Shown: positions 12,701-31,220 of the stretch, one piece after another
Position numbering within the stretch: position 1 is the stretch's first letter
Layout: each line of letters opens with the position of its first letter
Origin: Hormiphora californensis
Taxonomy: Eukaryota; Animalia; Ctenophora
Length of the DNA stretch: 64,000 nt
Direction of reading: 5' to 3'
Assembly: GCA_020137815.1 (NCBI GenBank)
Contig: CM035355.1
Span: 5,270,001 to 5,334,000 of the forward strand
Made by a program: the position numbers and the translations under genes
Notes under the pieces: generated by a model
What the model was told of the DNA's origin: nothing
The model's database searches: none
The model's input: only the letters and a program-made list of their open reading frames with translations

Positions 12701-15700
12701 AATACCAGAATCTGATTCCTCTATCTCACTAGCAGGATCTGATTCACTCTCAGTTTCCACATCGCCGTCTACTGGTGGTTGAGTGGTAACCTCCTCTTCA
12801 ACAGGTGACGGAGTCGTCACCTCCTTTTCATCGCCCACTGGGGTAGTTGCCTCCTCTGTTGGAGGGCTGGATTTCAAAACAGATGGTTGGGGCTCAGTTT
12901 GGGGTGGAGCTGTCATGTCCTCTACAGGCATGTCAGTAGTAGGGAACTCAACTGTCTCTCCTTCATCATCATTCCCAGTTTCATCGTCCACAACTTCTTC
13001 TTTTGCGGCATCTTTATCAGGAACATCTCCCTCAACATCTGAATCACCTCCCTCAAGATCAGAATCACTTCCCTCAAGATATGAGTCATCCGTGGGGACC
13101 ATTTCATTACCTTCCTCTGGGTTTGTGGGGGAGAGAGTTGGCGATGAGAAGTTGGAAGGTTTGGAGGGAGAATCTTCAGCCATAACTTTCAGATCACCGG
13201 GCAGTTCCGGCTCTTCTGTTTTTTCTCCTGCCTCTTCCTCGTTGTTCAGCTCCTCTTCTGTCTCGATAGGTTTATCACCAGATGAGTCCGGAGTTTCCTT
13301 AGCAACCACTAAAACACCATCTCCTTTTGAATCCTGAGTCCCAGATTTATCCTCCGACTCCTTCCTCTCTAGCTCCGTTTTCTGTGACTTCTCCACCTCT
13401 ACAACCACAACAACATCCTCATTGGTTCCCTTGTTCCCTGAGTTATAGTTTTCATCAACTTCGCTGACTGGTGTTGCTGTTTGGGAGAGGAGGAAGGTAA
13501 GAAGGACGGCTAACCCGACAAAAAGGGTCAGGAAGAGAAGAACACATGTTATCACTAACTTGGGCCGGGCCATACCGGACCTAAACAGAAGATATTTGGG
13601 TTATATTAATTGGTACTGGCCATACCTAAATAGGGTCAATTTGGGACTCGGGTTAGTAGGTACTGAGAAGATCATTTCACATAAATTTCGGCACGGCTAT
13701 ACAATATCGGGTATAACATTTCTGTGGAATAACAAGTTACAAGACAATAAAATATGGCGTGGCAACACAACATTTGGCAAAATACTAACACAAACGGAAA
13801 GGCTAGGGGTTATTATACAGCAGCTAAAAACCAATACAGACAGCTGAAGCAGGAAAAAAGTGATGGACCACAGACAGGCAGATAGTGGTGTGGTAGTAGA
13901 GAGGGAGAGATACAAAGTGGTGTGGTAGTAGTAGAGAGGTGTTATGTCCTGTTTCTTGTACAGAGTGTTGGACTAATTAGACAAGCCCTAGGTTTACTGA
14001 ACCAGCACTATATCTCTCTCTCACACACACACACACGCCTCTTTCTATTTTATATCACCCCTATCACGCAAGCTGTCTTTTCAGAGAGTGTGTATCTCGA
14101 CTCTGATTCCTAACATGTCTTATCCTTATTCGGTAGACAGAGAGCGAAGACAGAGCTAGATGCTGCCAAATTGAATATAAAACTAAAAATATATCCTACA
14201 TAGTGTCACTTCCAGTGCCCTCCCCCATGAAGTTGTGGTAGTGTCATAATTCAGGAATGCCAAGCACTGCCCGAGAATGTGCACCTCTCGTGGGAAGAGA
14301 AAAGAGAGGGAATCCCTCAGAATTCAGATGTTGGAGATGTCTAATCATTTCAATTTAGTAGTCCACCACACCCTAACACATCTAAATGACGTAAATTCAT
14401 ATGTCATCTTTTCTAACTAACAAATCAAAAGTGGCTTGTTCAATGCTGAAAATGGAAGCGAGATGAAGATGTGAAGAGAAACTCAAATGAGACTCAGATG
14501 AGACGGACTGCGACTCAGTATCACTGCAAAAGAAGCCCCCTAACATTAACTAGAAAGTGTAGAGAAATGGGTGAAAGAAGAAAGAGGAGCGTGGGTATGA
14601 GATATGCTTTGTAACTTGAAGCGTGAGCGGTGTGGGGGTGTGGGGATAAAAGAATCAGGTTAGAGCTGTTTATCATAATGTTGAGGGAAATTACTACCGG
14701 GGTCGGGCGAGGGGCAGGGAAGGGAGCTTCATGAAACATGATACATTGGAGCATGCTGGCAGCAAAATAGCAATAACGGGGAACAAGTTTAGAAAGTGGT
14801 AGTTTTTAGAGAAAGTGTTGATTGGTAGATTCTATAATTGTATCTCCCGAGAGGACAAAATTAAAAATTAGCCGGGAATAAATCGAAAATTATAGAACTG
14901 GAGCGTGGTACTCTCCTATAATAGCTGGTACTTGTCAATTGTTTTTGTTAATTGTGGTAACTGGTATGACGCAAAAACAAAAAAGTTCCTTATTTCCAAC
15001 TCCTCTTTCCCTGTCTCTCTTTTTATGTCAAGCTGGGCTAATAAAATATAAATTTCTATCCCAACATATCGACCAACACAATATTATACTGAGCTTTATC
15101 GTACGGGTTTTGGCATACACCCAGAACATACACATCCATTCTCCTTCCTCTCTCTATCTCCCTTTTATTCTCTCTAAATCTCGCGTTCATTCTCTCTTTC
15201 TCTCTCTGAATCTCGTGCTTTCTTCTCTCTTACTTTCTATCTACCCTATCCATTCCCTCTCTAACTAACTCCATTTTCAGGCGCTCCAGCGAGTGGTAAT
15301 ATTCCTGATTCTCAGCGAGTACGACAACGAACAGAGCGATATGTTGGCCAGGGTCAAGGCGGACAGTAATCTGAGCAAGATCCCCTACTACCAGTACGTT
15401 CATTATGAGATTAATTTTCAGCTAATTAAGTTTGAAATTATATACAAGAATTGAATTTAGTTGTATCATTAATTTAGAATTGGCTAGAAACAAGAAATGA
15501 CTATGAAATTAGGGAGGTAAATGGTTAGATGTCTGGGAAGATTATTGTAACTTCTAAAAGGTAGCTTAGCTAAGTAGGAAAATATACAGTATGTACTGCA
15601 GCAGTTGGACCTCGATTTACCGGGATGCTCGGGGGAAAGGGTATTATGCTAAGATAAGAGTGGTAATGTCTGGGGTAGGTAAATGAAAGGAGGTGGTGTG

Positions 15701-16376
15701 AGAAAACGCGTCTCACTAGATCCAGAATGAATGGTCACGATAAAGATGGGAGATTGTTACAAAGATGGACTCTCTGTAGCAAGTCTGGATGAGGAAAGAA
15801 TCTCTGTATCACTAATTAACTATAACAGGACGGTCTCTTTGGGAGGTCTGAACAAAACATGCAGCATTCATTGAAAGGGCAGAGGGCTTCGGAGCCTTGG
15901 TACTGAAGTGTGTTACATGCAGCTGCATGGGTTGGATATGAGATGTATATATGTCATCGGTCCAATGTTTACAACCTGTTGCATGACATAGAGAGAGTGA
16001 GAGAGGGGGAAAGGGAGGGAGGGAGAAAAAGAAACGCTCTGGAGTCAAGCCAGAATAATGCAAGGATTCAGACACATGTCAGTAGAATTTTACGGTGTCG
16101 GATCAGTTATAGTACTCGAATGTTATGAGGTTTGACGTGAGCGGAGATTCCTGAATGTCCTGATAGGAGCTGCCTGGTTAAACAACATTGTGATCAAGTT
16201 GAGGGAGGGATGAGCAGAGATATTGGTAGTAAGCTGCTGGGTAGGAGAACTGAGGGCTGTTATAATGGGACAATGATGACTGATGAGCTAGCTAGTAGTA
16301 GGGTCGATGTAGGGGGAGATAGTTTAACAAAATTTACACGACAGTACTACTAAAGCTATGGGTGTACAACGGATTT

Positions 16377-16444
<68 letters not shown>

Positions 16445-17768
16445 CCCTTTCTCTTCTTTTCTATCTCTCTTCCTCTCTTTTTTACACTCCACACGCATCT
16501 GACACCTTGTTCCCCCAGAAACGTGTTGACATGTTTCGATACTGCGGAGCTTCTCAATTGGAGCATTTTGAAAGAGGTGTACTCCACTCATCTCAAGTCC
16601 AAGGCTGGCCAGGCTACCACCCCTCTTGATACGGTAGGTCTTACAATTTTGCGGACACACACCGTCGTGGTTTTATGTTATTTATTTCTTCGCCACAATA
16701 ATCGGTGGCTGTTGAGAACTGTAACCACGCTTGTACAATTCACTTTCCTACTGACCGAGATATGAATCTGTCAAGAAGCCAATCAGCCACAATTATATTG
16801 TCAATAAATATTTCAAACCAGTTACCAACCCTTCTTTACTAATTACTCGCATCTCTCTTCGCCTCTCATTCTCTATCTATCTCTACCACTATCTCTCACT
16901 TAGGAAGATAACTGGGAAGTGCTAAGAAAGAGGGTTGTTGAGCACAACATCCGAGTGATCGCCAAGTACTACACCCGTATCTCTCTATCCCACTTTGCCA
17001 GCCTACTCCATCTGGAATTGAAGGTAAGATAAACAGTTCTAAGTGAGGCGATGCAAGTTCCATTGTATAGGTATCTTGGGCTAGGTTAGGGCCATTCCAG
17101 ACGAGACATTCAGACATAAGTGTAGCTGTCCCTGGCTAGCAGCTCTTAGAAATATTCTCTTTTGGAAAGGCCCTAGATGGTCAAAGAAAGGGTAGTATAA
17201 CAAGTAATAATTCTCTGGGCGTGTGTGCTATAAAGTGTCTTGACGTTGCAGTTAGTGCATGAGTTCAGGGGGTATGATAATGTACACCTTTCATCGGTTA
17301 TTATACCACCCCTTTGTCTGGCACTCCCTCTGCGCTTATTCAACTGTAACAATATTTTATCCCATGTATCTACCCTAACAAGACCTCATTGGCGCATCAA
17401 TTTACTAAATAGTAACAATATTGTTGTGTCAAATTCTCTCTAGCTAAATCCAGAATTACCCTTACTCGAACCCATCCTAACCCCCTCCTCTTTGCCCCTT
17501 TACTCTCTTAACCCCCTTTGCCCCCTAGGAAGCAGAGGACATGCTGTGCAAACAAGTTGTCAAGGGAACTGTGACTGCTAAAATAGATCGACTTGACGGT
17601 AAACACAGCGAGAGAGGAGTAGAGAGATTGTGTGTGTGTGTCTTAGAGACGGCACTTCTAGCGCATATTAATGTCTGCTAATTAACCTTAGCCGCTGAAT
17701 ACCCCCATTTCCTGTATATCTTTCTTTCTCTCTTTCTTTCTATCCCTCTCTCTCTATCTCTCTTTCTC

Positions 17769-17825
<57 letters not shown>

Positions 17826-19800
17826 TTCTCTCTCTCTCTCTCCCCCCCACTCTCTCCCACTCTCTATTTACATCCCACCTCGGCATTCCGGTCTTCTTAG
17901 CGACTTACGGTGGCGGAATAATGCAGTGAAAACGAAAAATCGATCAATTAGCAGCGAGTCAGAGAGAGAAATCACAAACTCAAATTCTTGGCAAATATTT
18001 TAAAATCGCAATTTTAGTTACAAGAAATATATTGGCTCGCTGGCTCTATCTTTTTTTCTCACACACTCAACTCATTACCTTATTCAATCTTTACTTTAAT
18101 CATTCTCTGACGTGGCCCACCAGCCATAATGATCTGTTTCAAGATATAAATGTTGGAGTTATCACACAAATAATTGCTCCACACCATTCAGAGTTTATAA
18201 TCCTTTTAGGAGTTAAGAATCATACCATACTTTTAGGAATTATTCTGAGTCTATCTTCCTCAATCTCCCCGAATCTAAATCTCCACTGCAGGAATTGTTA
18301 ACTTCTCCAAGACCCGAGACACTGAGGAGATCCTGAACAGCTGGTCTGGGAACCTGAACTCAGTTATGACTCTCATTGGAAACTGCAACCATCTTATCAC
18401 CAAGGAGCGAATGGTAAGAAGAAGGATAATAAAATCTTGGATTTTGTTTGTGTCAAGAAATAAATCCCTTAGAGTCAATCATTAGTGTCGTGTCATTGAT
18501 AAGGTTAGAATTATGTAATTGAATTGACGGGTCCCTAGTTCACTAAAACTATGCAGTCGTCAATATGAGCAATGACATTCAACTTGAACATTATTCTGTC
18601 TTCAACCAAATAGCCACAGAGAGTGCTCTTTTCCAATCTTCAAACCACCCCGAATGTAAATGTGGTTTAACCCGATATTAACCACTTCGGGGTGGTTATC
18701 TAGGTTGAATCTTGAACCCCCGTTCACCAGCAAGCATTGACATCCCCTCTGTCGCGCTAAGTGTGCTAGAATCATGGGAACTGAATTGCAGTCGTCCCAT
18801 TTTAAAGCGATAACCAGTCCACTCCTTCTTTCTAGCCCATCCAGTCCTCTTACTGCAAATACCTGCATCACTATTGCACCTTGTATCACATTTCTTTCCT
18901 CGTGGACTGAAATAGAGAATAGCTTGGGGAACTTCATCATGTTTAGGAGATATTCGCTGGTGATAACTTTCTCAAAAGTGTCCCTAGAACTCCTCAAAAA
19001 CTCAGATATTCTTCCCACATCTGCTAACACTGCATCACGCAGAGGGACAGAAGGTTGGATAGTTGGGTATACTGGAGTATGATGTGGTAGTAGCCCCGCT
19101 TTAGGAGCCAGCCACGCTTCTTCAGCTAGCGGAATTGCATATCTAGTAGTGACCAAATGAGGTGTAGTACTAGAGATTGGGTTAGTTGACCAATGAATAA
19201 CAAACTGATCAGCCCGTCTCAATCTCCTAACCTCGTCTCGTATAGCTCTCACTGCCCCACTTCTCCGCTCCCTTACACACAGTCCAGTCACTTCTAACAT
19301 CGAAACAGCACACGCAGAGCTTTCTTCTCCACTTTGGAAGGTGTTAATTTGTAGGAAGGCAACTGCAACCATCTCTCCCTTCACCTTCTCCCCTCCAGTA
19401 GCTATCTCCCCCTCCTTTCCTGAATGAACATCCTCCTCCCCAGTACCATGCTGTACGTCATTAGTCGCAACAAGACATCTCCTTGTCTCCACATTCCACT
19501 GAACCCATTGTCGATACAGGGCCGGTATAGGTGGTGTTCCGTGGTGATAGTGGGTGTATAGGAATGGTGTTATCTTGTCCACGTCTGTAGTAGTGGTAAC
19601 AGAGAATGGCATTAAATCAAATGGAGTAGCAGCTGCAGTGAGAGGGTACTTAATGTGTCTTATACTGTGAGTGTGCTCTTAGCTGTGAAGAAGAGTGCCC
19701 TCTTGGTCTCTCTCTTACCAATAACACATCTCTATACTATCCCCCAAATGTCCACTATATCTCACCCCTATCTCTCTCTCAGGTCCACCAAGTGAACTAA
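9453..19800 (+). CDS. PSMD12: 26S proteasome non-ATPase regulatory subunit 12 (Rpn5), complete, 11 coding exons
   Basis: Exons 9453-9602, 9814-9993, 10082-10243, 10921-11061, 11217-11360, 15281-15393, 16519-16633, 16904-17023, 17529-17598, 18292-18413, 19783-19800. Motifs include [95 protein letters not shown] and [13 protein letters not shown]. Confidence 0.96.
11741..13573 (-). CDS. Nested antisense gene (PSMD12 intron 5): 610-aa acidic, Glu/Asp/Thr/Ser-rich protein with N-terminal hydrophobic anchor and C-terminal 8-Cys domain; function unknown
   Basis: 1833-nt uninterrupted ORF. Hydrophobic segment [24 protein letters not shown]. Splice acceptor TTCTGTTTAG 7 nt before the ATG. AATAAA on the minus strand at 11616-11621, about 120 nt after the stop. 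Confidence 0.8.
   Translation of the reverse strand: MARPKLVITCVLLFLTLFVGLAVLLTFLLSQTATPVSEVDENYNSGNKGTNEDVVVVVEVEKSQKTELERKESEDKSGTQDSKGDGVLVVAKETPDSSGDKPIETEEELNNEEEAGEKTEEPELPGDLKVMAEDSPSKPSNFSSPTLSPTNPEEGNEMVPTDDSYLEGSDSDLEGGDSDVEGDVPDKDAAKEEVVDDETGNDDEGETVEFPTTDMPVEDMTAPPQTEPQPSVLKSSPPTEEATTPVGDEKEVTTPSPVEEEVTTQPPVDGDVETESESDPASEIEESDSGIEEDIEDEIEVSEAESEVEPAAVEEVKPEEDDSVVDDESDATPSETETESTETEAETEVETTETEVEDAYEGSDETVVKDETEGADEEDESDESNDDTTETEPEADNSEGTNIEGTEAAPEVEVPTNSIINEEEDGETFLTPTDETEIVTDQTGVVTMATPDEEVRELSVPEEVGDPSIVEVIVNEEEEVDMGGDSSVPDGGNSTISQIDETEDADGDTEGDDTESGDTEGGDTDEVEEGGNKKECNLDRAVERIQNRCLPEAFEARRCDRHKGIKNAESYNKRQSQCRNLAAKCAELKEGSRVCCQAIYCLGVRRRVFE
18602..19612 (-). CDS. Nested antisense gene (PSMD12 last intron): divergent N-myristoyltransferase-like (double GNAT fold) protein, 336 aa
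   Basis: Intronless ORF whose motif order parallels NMT: FLYTHY (cf. LLxxHYVED), [15 protein letters not shown] (cf. VEINFLCVHKKLRSKR), RYAIPL (cf. RYWHRSL), [16 protein letters not shown] (cf. LRxMxxxDxxxVxxLL), [12 protein letters not shown] (cf. LAKxxGFDVFNAL) and a terminal hydrophobic strand. Recognised from memory of the family, not by search. Confidence 0.65.
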   Translation of the reverse strand: MPFSVTTTTDVDKITPFLYTHYHHGTPPIPALYRQWVQWNVETRRCLVATNDVQHGTGEEDVHSGKEGEIATGGEKVKGEMVAVAFLQINTFQSGEESSACAVSMLEVTGLCVRERRSGAVRAIRDEVRRLRRADQFVIHWSTNPISSTTPHLVTTRYAIPLAEEAWLAPKAGLLPHHTPVYPTIQPSVPLRDAVLADVGRISEFLRSSRDTFEKVITSEYLLNMMKFPKLFSISVHEERNVIQGAIVMQVFAVRGLDGLERRSGLVIALKWDDCNSVPMILAHLARQRGCQCLLVNGGSRFNLDNHPEVVNIGLNHIYIRGGLKIGKEHSLWLFG

Positions 19801-20668
19801 GTGACCCCTTTGAGATCTCCTACTAAGTGCTGGCACTAAGGGGCGAGTGTGAGTGGTCCGATGACATAGAGTGGGACAGAGTAGATGGGGCAGTGAGTGC
19901 GTTTTTTGTTCTCCATTATTGCGAGAGGAATGGTTATATCTCTATTTGTAAATTGTATATTTGAGACTGGTTAAATTTATATATCACCAGTTATCAATTC
20001 GTAAAATCTGTCTGATTGATTTGTTCTCAACCACCATACCACCCCATTTTGGTAATAACTGATGATCCATTTCCAGTATATCGGTCCCTCTATAGAAATG
20101 TGCTCCCCTCTCTTCCGTATCTCACACAATACCAAAATGGGTGTGTGTCACATACATGTAGCTGCATCCGGCATGCAGGGCGAGAGGTGTGGTGCAGTTC
20201 GTGCACAAAGGAGGCCTTCAATTTTCCCACGGTCATCCAGCCGCGCACAGCAACTGCTGAACAGATTGGGTTTTCATTTCGCTAGCAATGCGCGCGTTAC
20301 CTCTATAACCTGGCCCCTCTCGATTAGCAGATAGAGATAGAGAGAGAGAGAAAGAGAGGAGGGCCGGGTCAAACTTGAATGGTGATGAGAGATGGTTGCA
20401 GTGTTGGAAGTCAGAGTATAACAACAAAGGATTTATGTGGTGCGAAGAAAAGGATGAGATACTGACAATACACACACTCAATATGATACAAACATACCAT
20501 GCACTTTTGTACATAACTTTTATACATAAAACACACGATAGAAAAATCAAAAAACATACTGTCTTATAAATAGTTCCCAAAAAACAAAAAATGACCCGGT
20601 GTCTCGCACCAAACTTCATAGCTCAACAAAAAACACAGTTTATGAGACCCGATATTTGCTAGTTTGGC

Positions 20669-27817
<7,149 letters not shown>

Positions 27818-28606
27818 CTGAAAAATAGGTAAGCGTTAACATTGAGGACTGTACTAGATATAATTTGGACCGGGAAGAAATTGGTGGCAAAGGTTTTCCA
27901 CCACCAATATTATATGGACACTAAATGGACTTGACGCAAAGTCCACCCCCGGAGCTAAATCGGTCAATGGAGAGAGCAGGTAATGCAGGAGAGCCGTCAA
28001 GTGGATAGGTGACTCTAGGTATCTTGGTCCAATCGAATAAATAATAATGTTGTAGGACAACATATAGTCCGGAATATCAGAGTCAGCAATATCAGAGTGT
28101 ATGTCGAGACGTACAAACTTATACAATATACTGTATATAAGTAAAAAATAGTATATTATGTGATATCAAAAACTGGATGAGAATAGACTATCTGTTAAAC
28201 GCTGATAAAATCGAGATGCTTATTGTCCATAATAAAGCAGATAAGCAAATCAGTAGTCAGTAATCCCCTACTTCGAAACCGTAGTCCAGTTCAAAGTGCT
28301 GTTAACAGCGGCACAACCTAGCATATTTCTCACTAACACCCCCTCCCCACCACAGGGTACACAACCCAGTGCCAGTTCCTCGCCCAAATGGTGCAGAACT
28401 GGTATCGGAAAGGCAATTGCAATATCGCCCCATCAGTCCATCACGAAACCAACGTGCCCGATCACTATACACCACAAACCTCCCGCCCGAACAGGCCCAG
28501 CTCCAACAGGATTATAAGTGAAAAAAGTACATACATATTTTAGTAGGGTACAACCACAACGCAACTTAATCTCTGGAGAATAGCCAAAAATCTCCCTAAA
28601 GATCTA

Positions 28607-28815
28607 AAAGTCTTTTACTTACAGTATAGATGGGCTGAAAGTTTGCAAAAAGACGTTTTTAAGCGTATATGCAATAAAGAACAATAGGATCAACCGACTA
28701 TTCCATTCCTTGGATCCCATTCCAGAGCCGGCCACGAATCCACGCGTTCCACTCAAAAAACTAACACCTGAGTTTGTTAATCTCTTTAATTATCATTTAA
28801 TTTTATTATTTAATT
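28607..28815 (+). pseudogene. Fragment resembling the N-terminal region of a Sola1-type transposase
   Basis: Translates as KSFTYSIDGLKVCKKTFLSVYAIKNNRINRL, similar to WSRTFTINGGIVCKRRFMSILG in the 57260 ORF. Confidence 0.45.
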
Positions 28816-30634
28816 AAGTACTGATTTAGTTAATTTCCAGTAGATCCAAAAGAAAAAAGATCCATTATATTTCCCATGAGATATTAACTTCTGAAACCAA
28901 GATGGATTTTATCGTAACGATGTGCTGTCAAGCACCATTTTAACACAATTATTTCCTTGTTACAGCATGACGAATCGGAGTATGAGTCATCGTCGGACTA
29001 TGATGCTGTTCCTTTGACGACAGGGATGATGACCCCGTCTGTCGACACCCGAGGCAGTCAACTTCTAGGAATCATTGGTAATATCCAAGTACAAGAGAGA
29101 CGAGACGGGACACCAGGAGGGCACCTCCACCGCCACCACCGCCACGGGCCACTGCACCGCCCACCACCAATCATGTTTATGGCCAAGTATACACCCAAGG
29201 ACAGAGTGGCTGACAAAGCTAGCCTGGTGGAGATGGCAACCATCATCACGAAGAGAGTCCTGTCCACCACCCCATCCACCGCCACCACCTCCACCGCCAC
29301 CACCACCACAGGTATACCAGATCTACCAATGCAAAGGTGGGGGACGGATCCTCTAACCGCGATGACGACCACGAGACCACCTCCCCCGGACGCGGTGCCA
29401 TTAAGATGGGGGCGAAATCTCTTGCAAACATGGGACGAGTACGGAGTCTATCTGGTTGAGAAGATAGGACGTCAACCCAGCACATTGATTCACGTAGAGA
29501 TTGTAACAGCGGCTGAGGTGAGGTCACTGCACAGTTTCCTATCCCATTTCATATTTAGTGGAATTGCGTCAAGGGCTTCGATTTTCGGCTGACTGGCATA
29601 ATAAATCACTCACACAAATAAATGCTGATGCATCCCTCATTAGCATGTCATATGTTGAAAAACTTAAGGTTGAGGTGGAAAAGCACCAGGACCCCAACTA
29701 TAGAATCATGGTTGCGGCAGAGTTTAGGGCCAAGGTGGAGCTGTATAGTTACAGCTCCACCGCGGCAACAATCCAAGGGGTGTTGGAGCAGCTGGAATGC
29801 CCCATTCATATGAGCATCCACGCAATAAACCATCTCTTCAAACGGAAAAAGGCAGCTCCCCCGTCTGTCAACCTTTCGAGATGGATGTTGGCAGCGGTGG
29901 AGACTGAGGATAATGAAATGAAGTTCAAATTACACTAGGATCATGAATCGCTAATTTGTCTATCCGTATATTATTTCCAGGTTAGATATCACCATGAATC
30001 GCTAATTTAACTATCCGTATATATGTAAAAATACACATTAGATTATATCAGTTCTCACTGTATCTGTATACTGTATCTGTATACTATATGTATATGTAAG
30101 AATAAGATGGAGAGCACTTTTTCAGAAATGATGTGCTTTCAAGTACCCAGGTACTGCGATCAAGCACCATTAATTCATTTATGTTGATTATTTTCTACAA
30201 TAATTATTCCCACCAACTCCAGCCCGATCCTCTTAACATCTACGCGCCTCCACTATAATATTCGTCGGTGGTAGGATGATGACCCCGTCCGCTCCTGTCG
30301 ACACACGTACATGAGGTACTAACAAACATCATAGACAACACAAAACATTGTTTCTCCGGCTACAGCAGAAAATATGGTGACATCTTGCAAAAAAGATAGG
30401 AATATCCTCGAAAGTAATTATAATTTTTATTATTAATACTCGAAACTGGGGCGAAAAGATGCCTAAGTCAGTCCAAAAGCCTGACTCGGAGAGGTCTCGA
30501 CCAAGCAGACCGAGACACGATAGAAACGAAATATGGGGGACCCTGTCCCGCGACTGAGTTACAATCGAAAGAAGATCATGCGGGATCTGTTTGTCGCTCA
30601 ATTCAAGAAGATAACGTGATGCATGTGAACTTCT

Positions 30635-31220
30635 TTGAAAACCACTTTAGCTATATTTCCAGATTTAGCTAAGTATTCGTCATGTTACAGATCATGTACG
30701 AAATGTGATAAATTATTTGATCGACATGGAAACTACTATCGTCATACCCGGTCTTGTGAGGCAGGCGTGAGACATAAGTTTGTCAGGGGAATATTTAGAG
30801 TCAAACCAACTGTGTTTGATGACTTGAAAATGCATGGAGTACATATACCGGAAAGTATCCGCACGTATCCATATTGTGCGGTGTACGATATAGAAAGTTT
30901 GCTATCGAAAGAGTTTGATCAGCAAAATACTGAAAAAACTACTTACGTCAGTTTACATCGCTTGATTTCTATTTTGGTGTGTTCTAATGTACCCGGATTT
31001 GATGACCCCAAGTGCTTTGTACTCAAGTCTACAGATGGGCAAAATGAGCTAGTAGAAGAATTTCTGGAGTACCTTAGGCAAATAAGCGATGAGGCTGCTA
31101 AGAGGGTGAGAGAGGTCTACGAAGAATACGCTGTGGAAGAAATTGAGAACGAGACCATCCAGGGAAAGTGGGAAGACCATATCTCACAACTCCCTGTCTT
31201 GTCGTTTAACGGTGGTAAAC
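30635..31220 (+). mobile_element. Polinton/Maverick (adintovirus-type) protein-primed DNA polymerase B fragment: zinc finger plus exonuclease domain, truncated
   Basis: CTKCDKLF..YYRHTRSC zinc finger, ExoI-like YPYCAVYDIES, HRLISILVCSNVPGFDDPKCFV and ExoII-like QLPVLSFNGGK. Similarity stops abruptly at about 31220. Confidence 0.75.

Noticed and set aside
11845-13337. Ser-rich plus-strand ORFs (230 aa, 184 aa and others)
   Set aside because: Antisense shadows of the Glu/Asp-rich 610-aa minus-strand ORF.
28957-29938. 211-aa and 126-aa plus-strand ORFs as real genes
   Set aside because: No recognisable domain, partly (CCA)n low complexity and non-ATG starts. They cannot be supported without a search.
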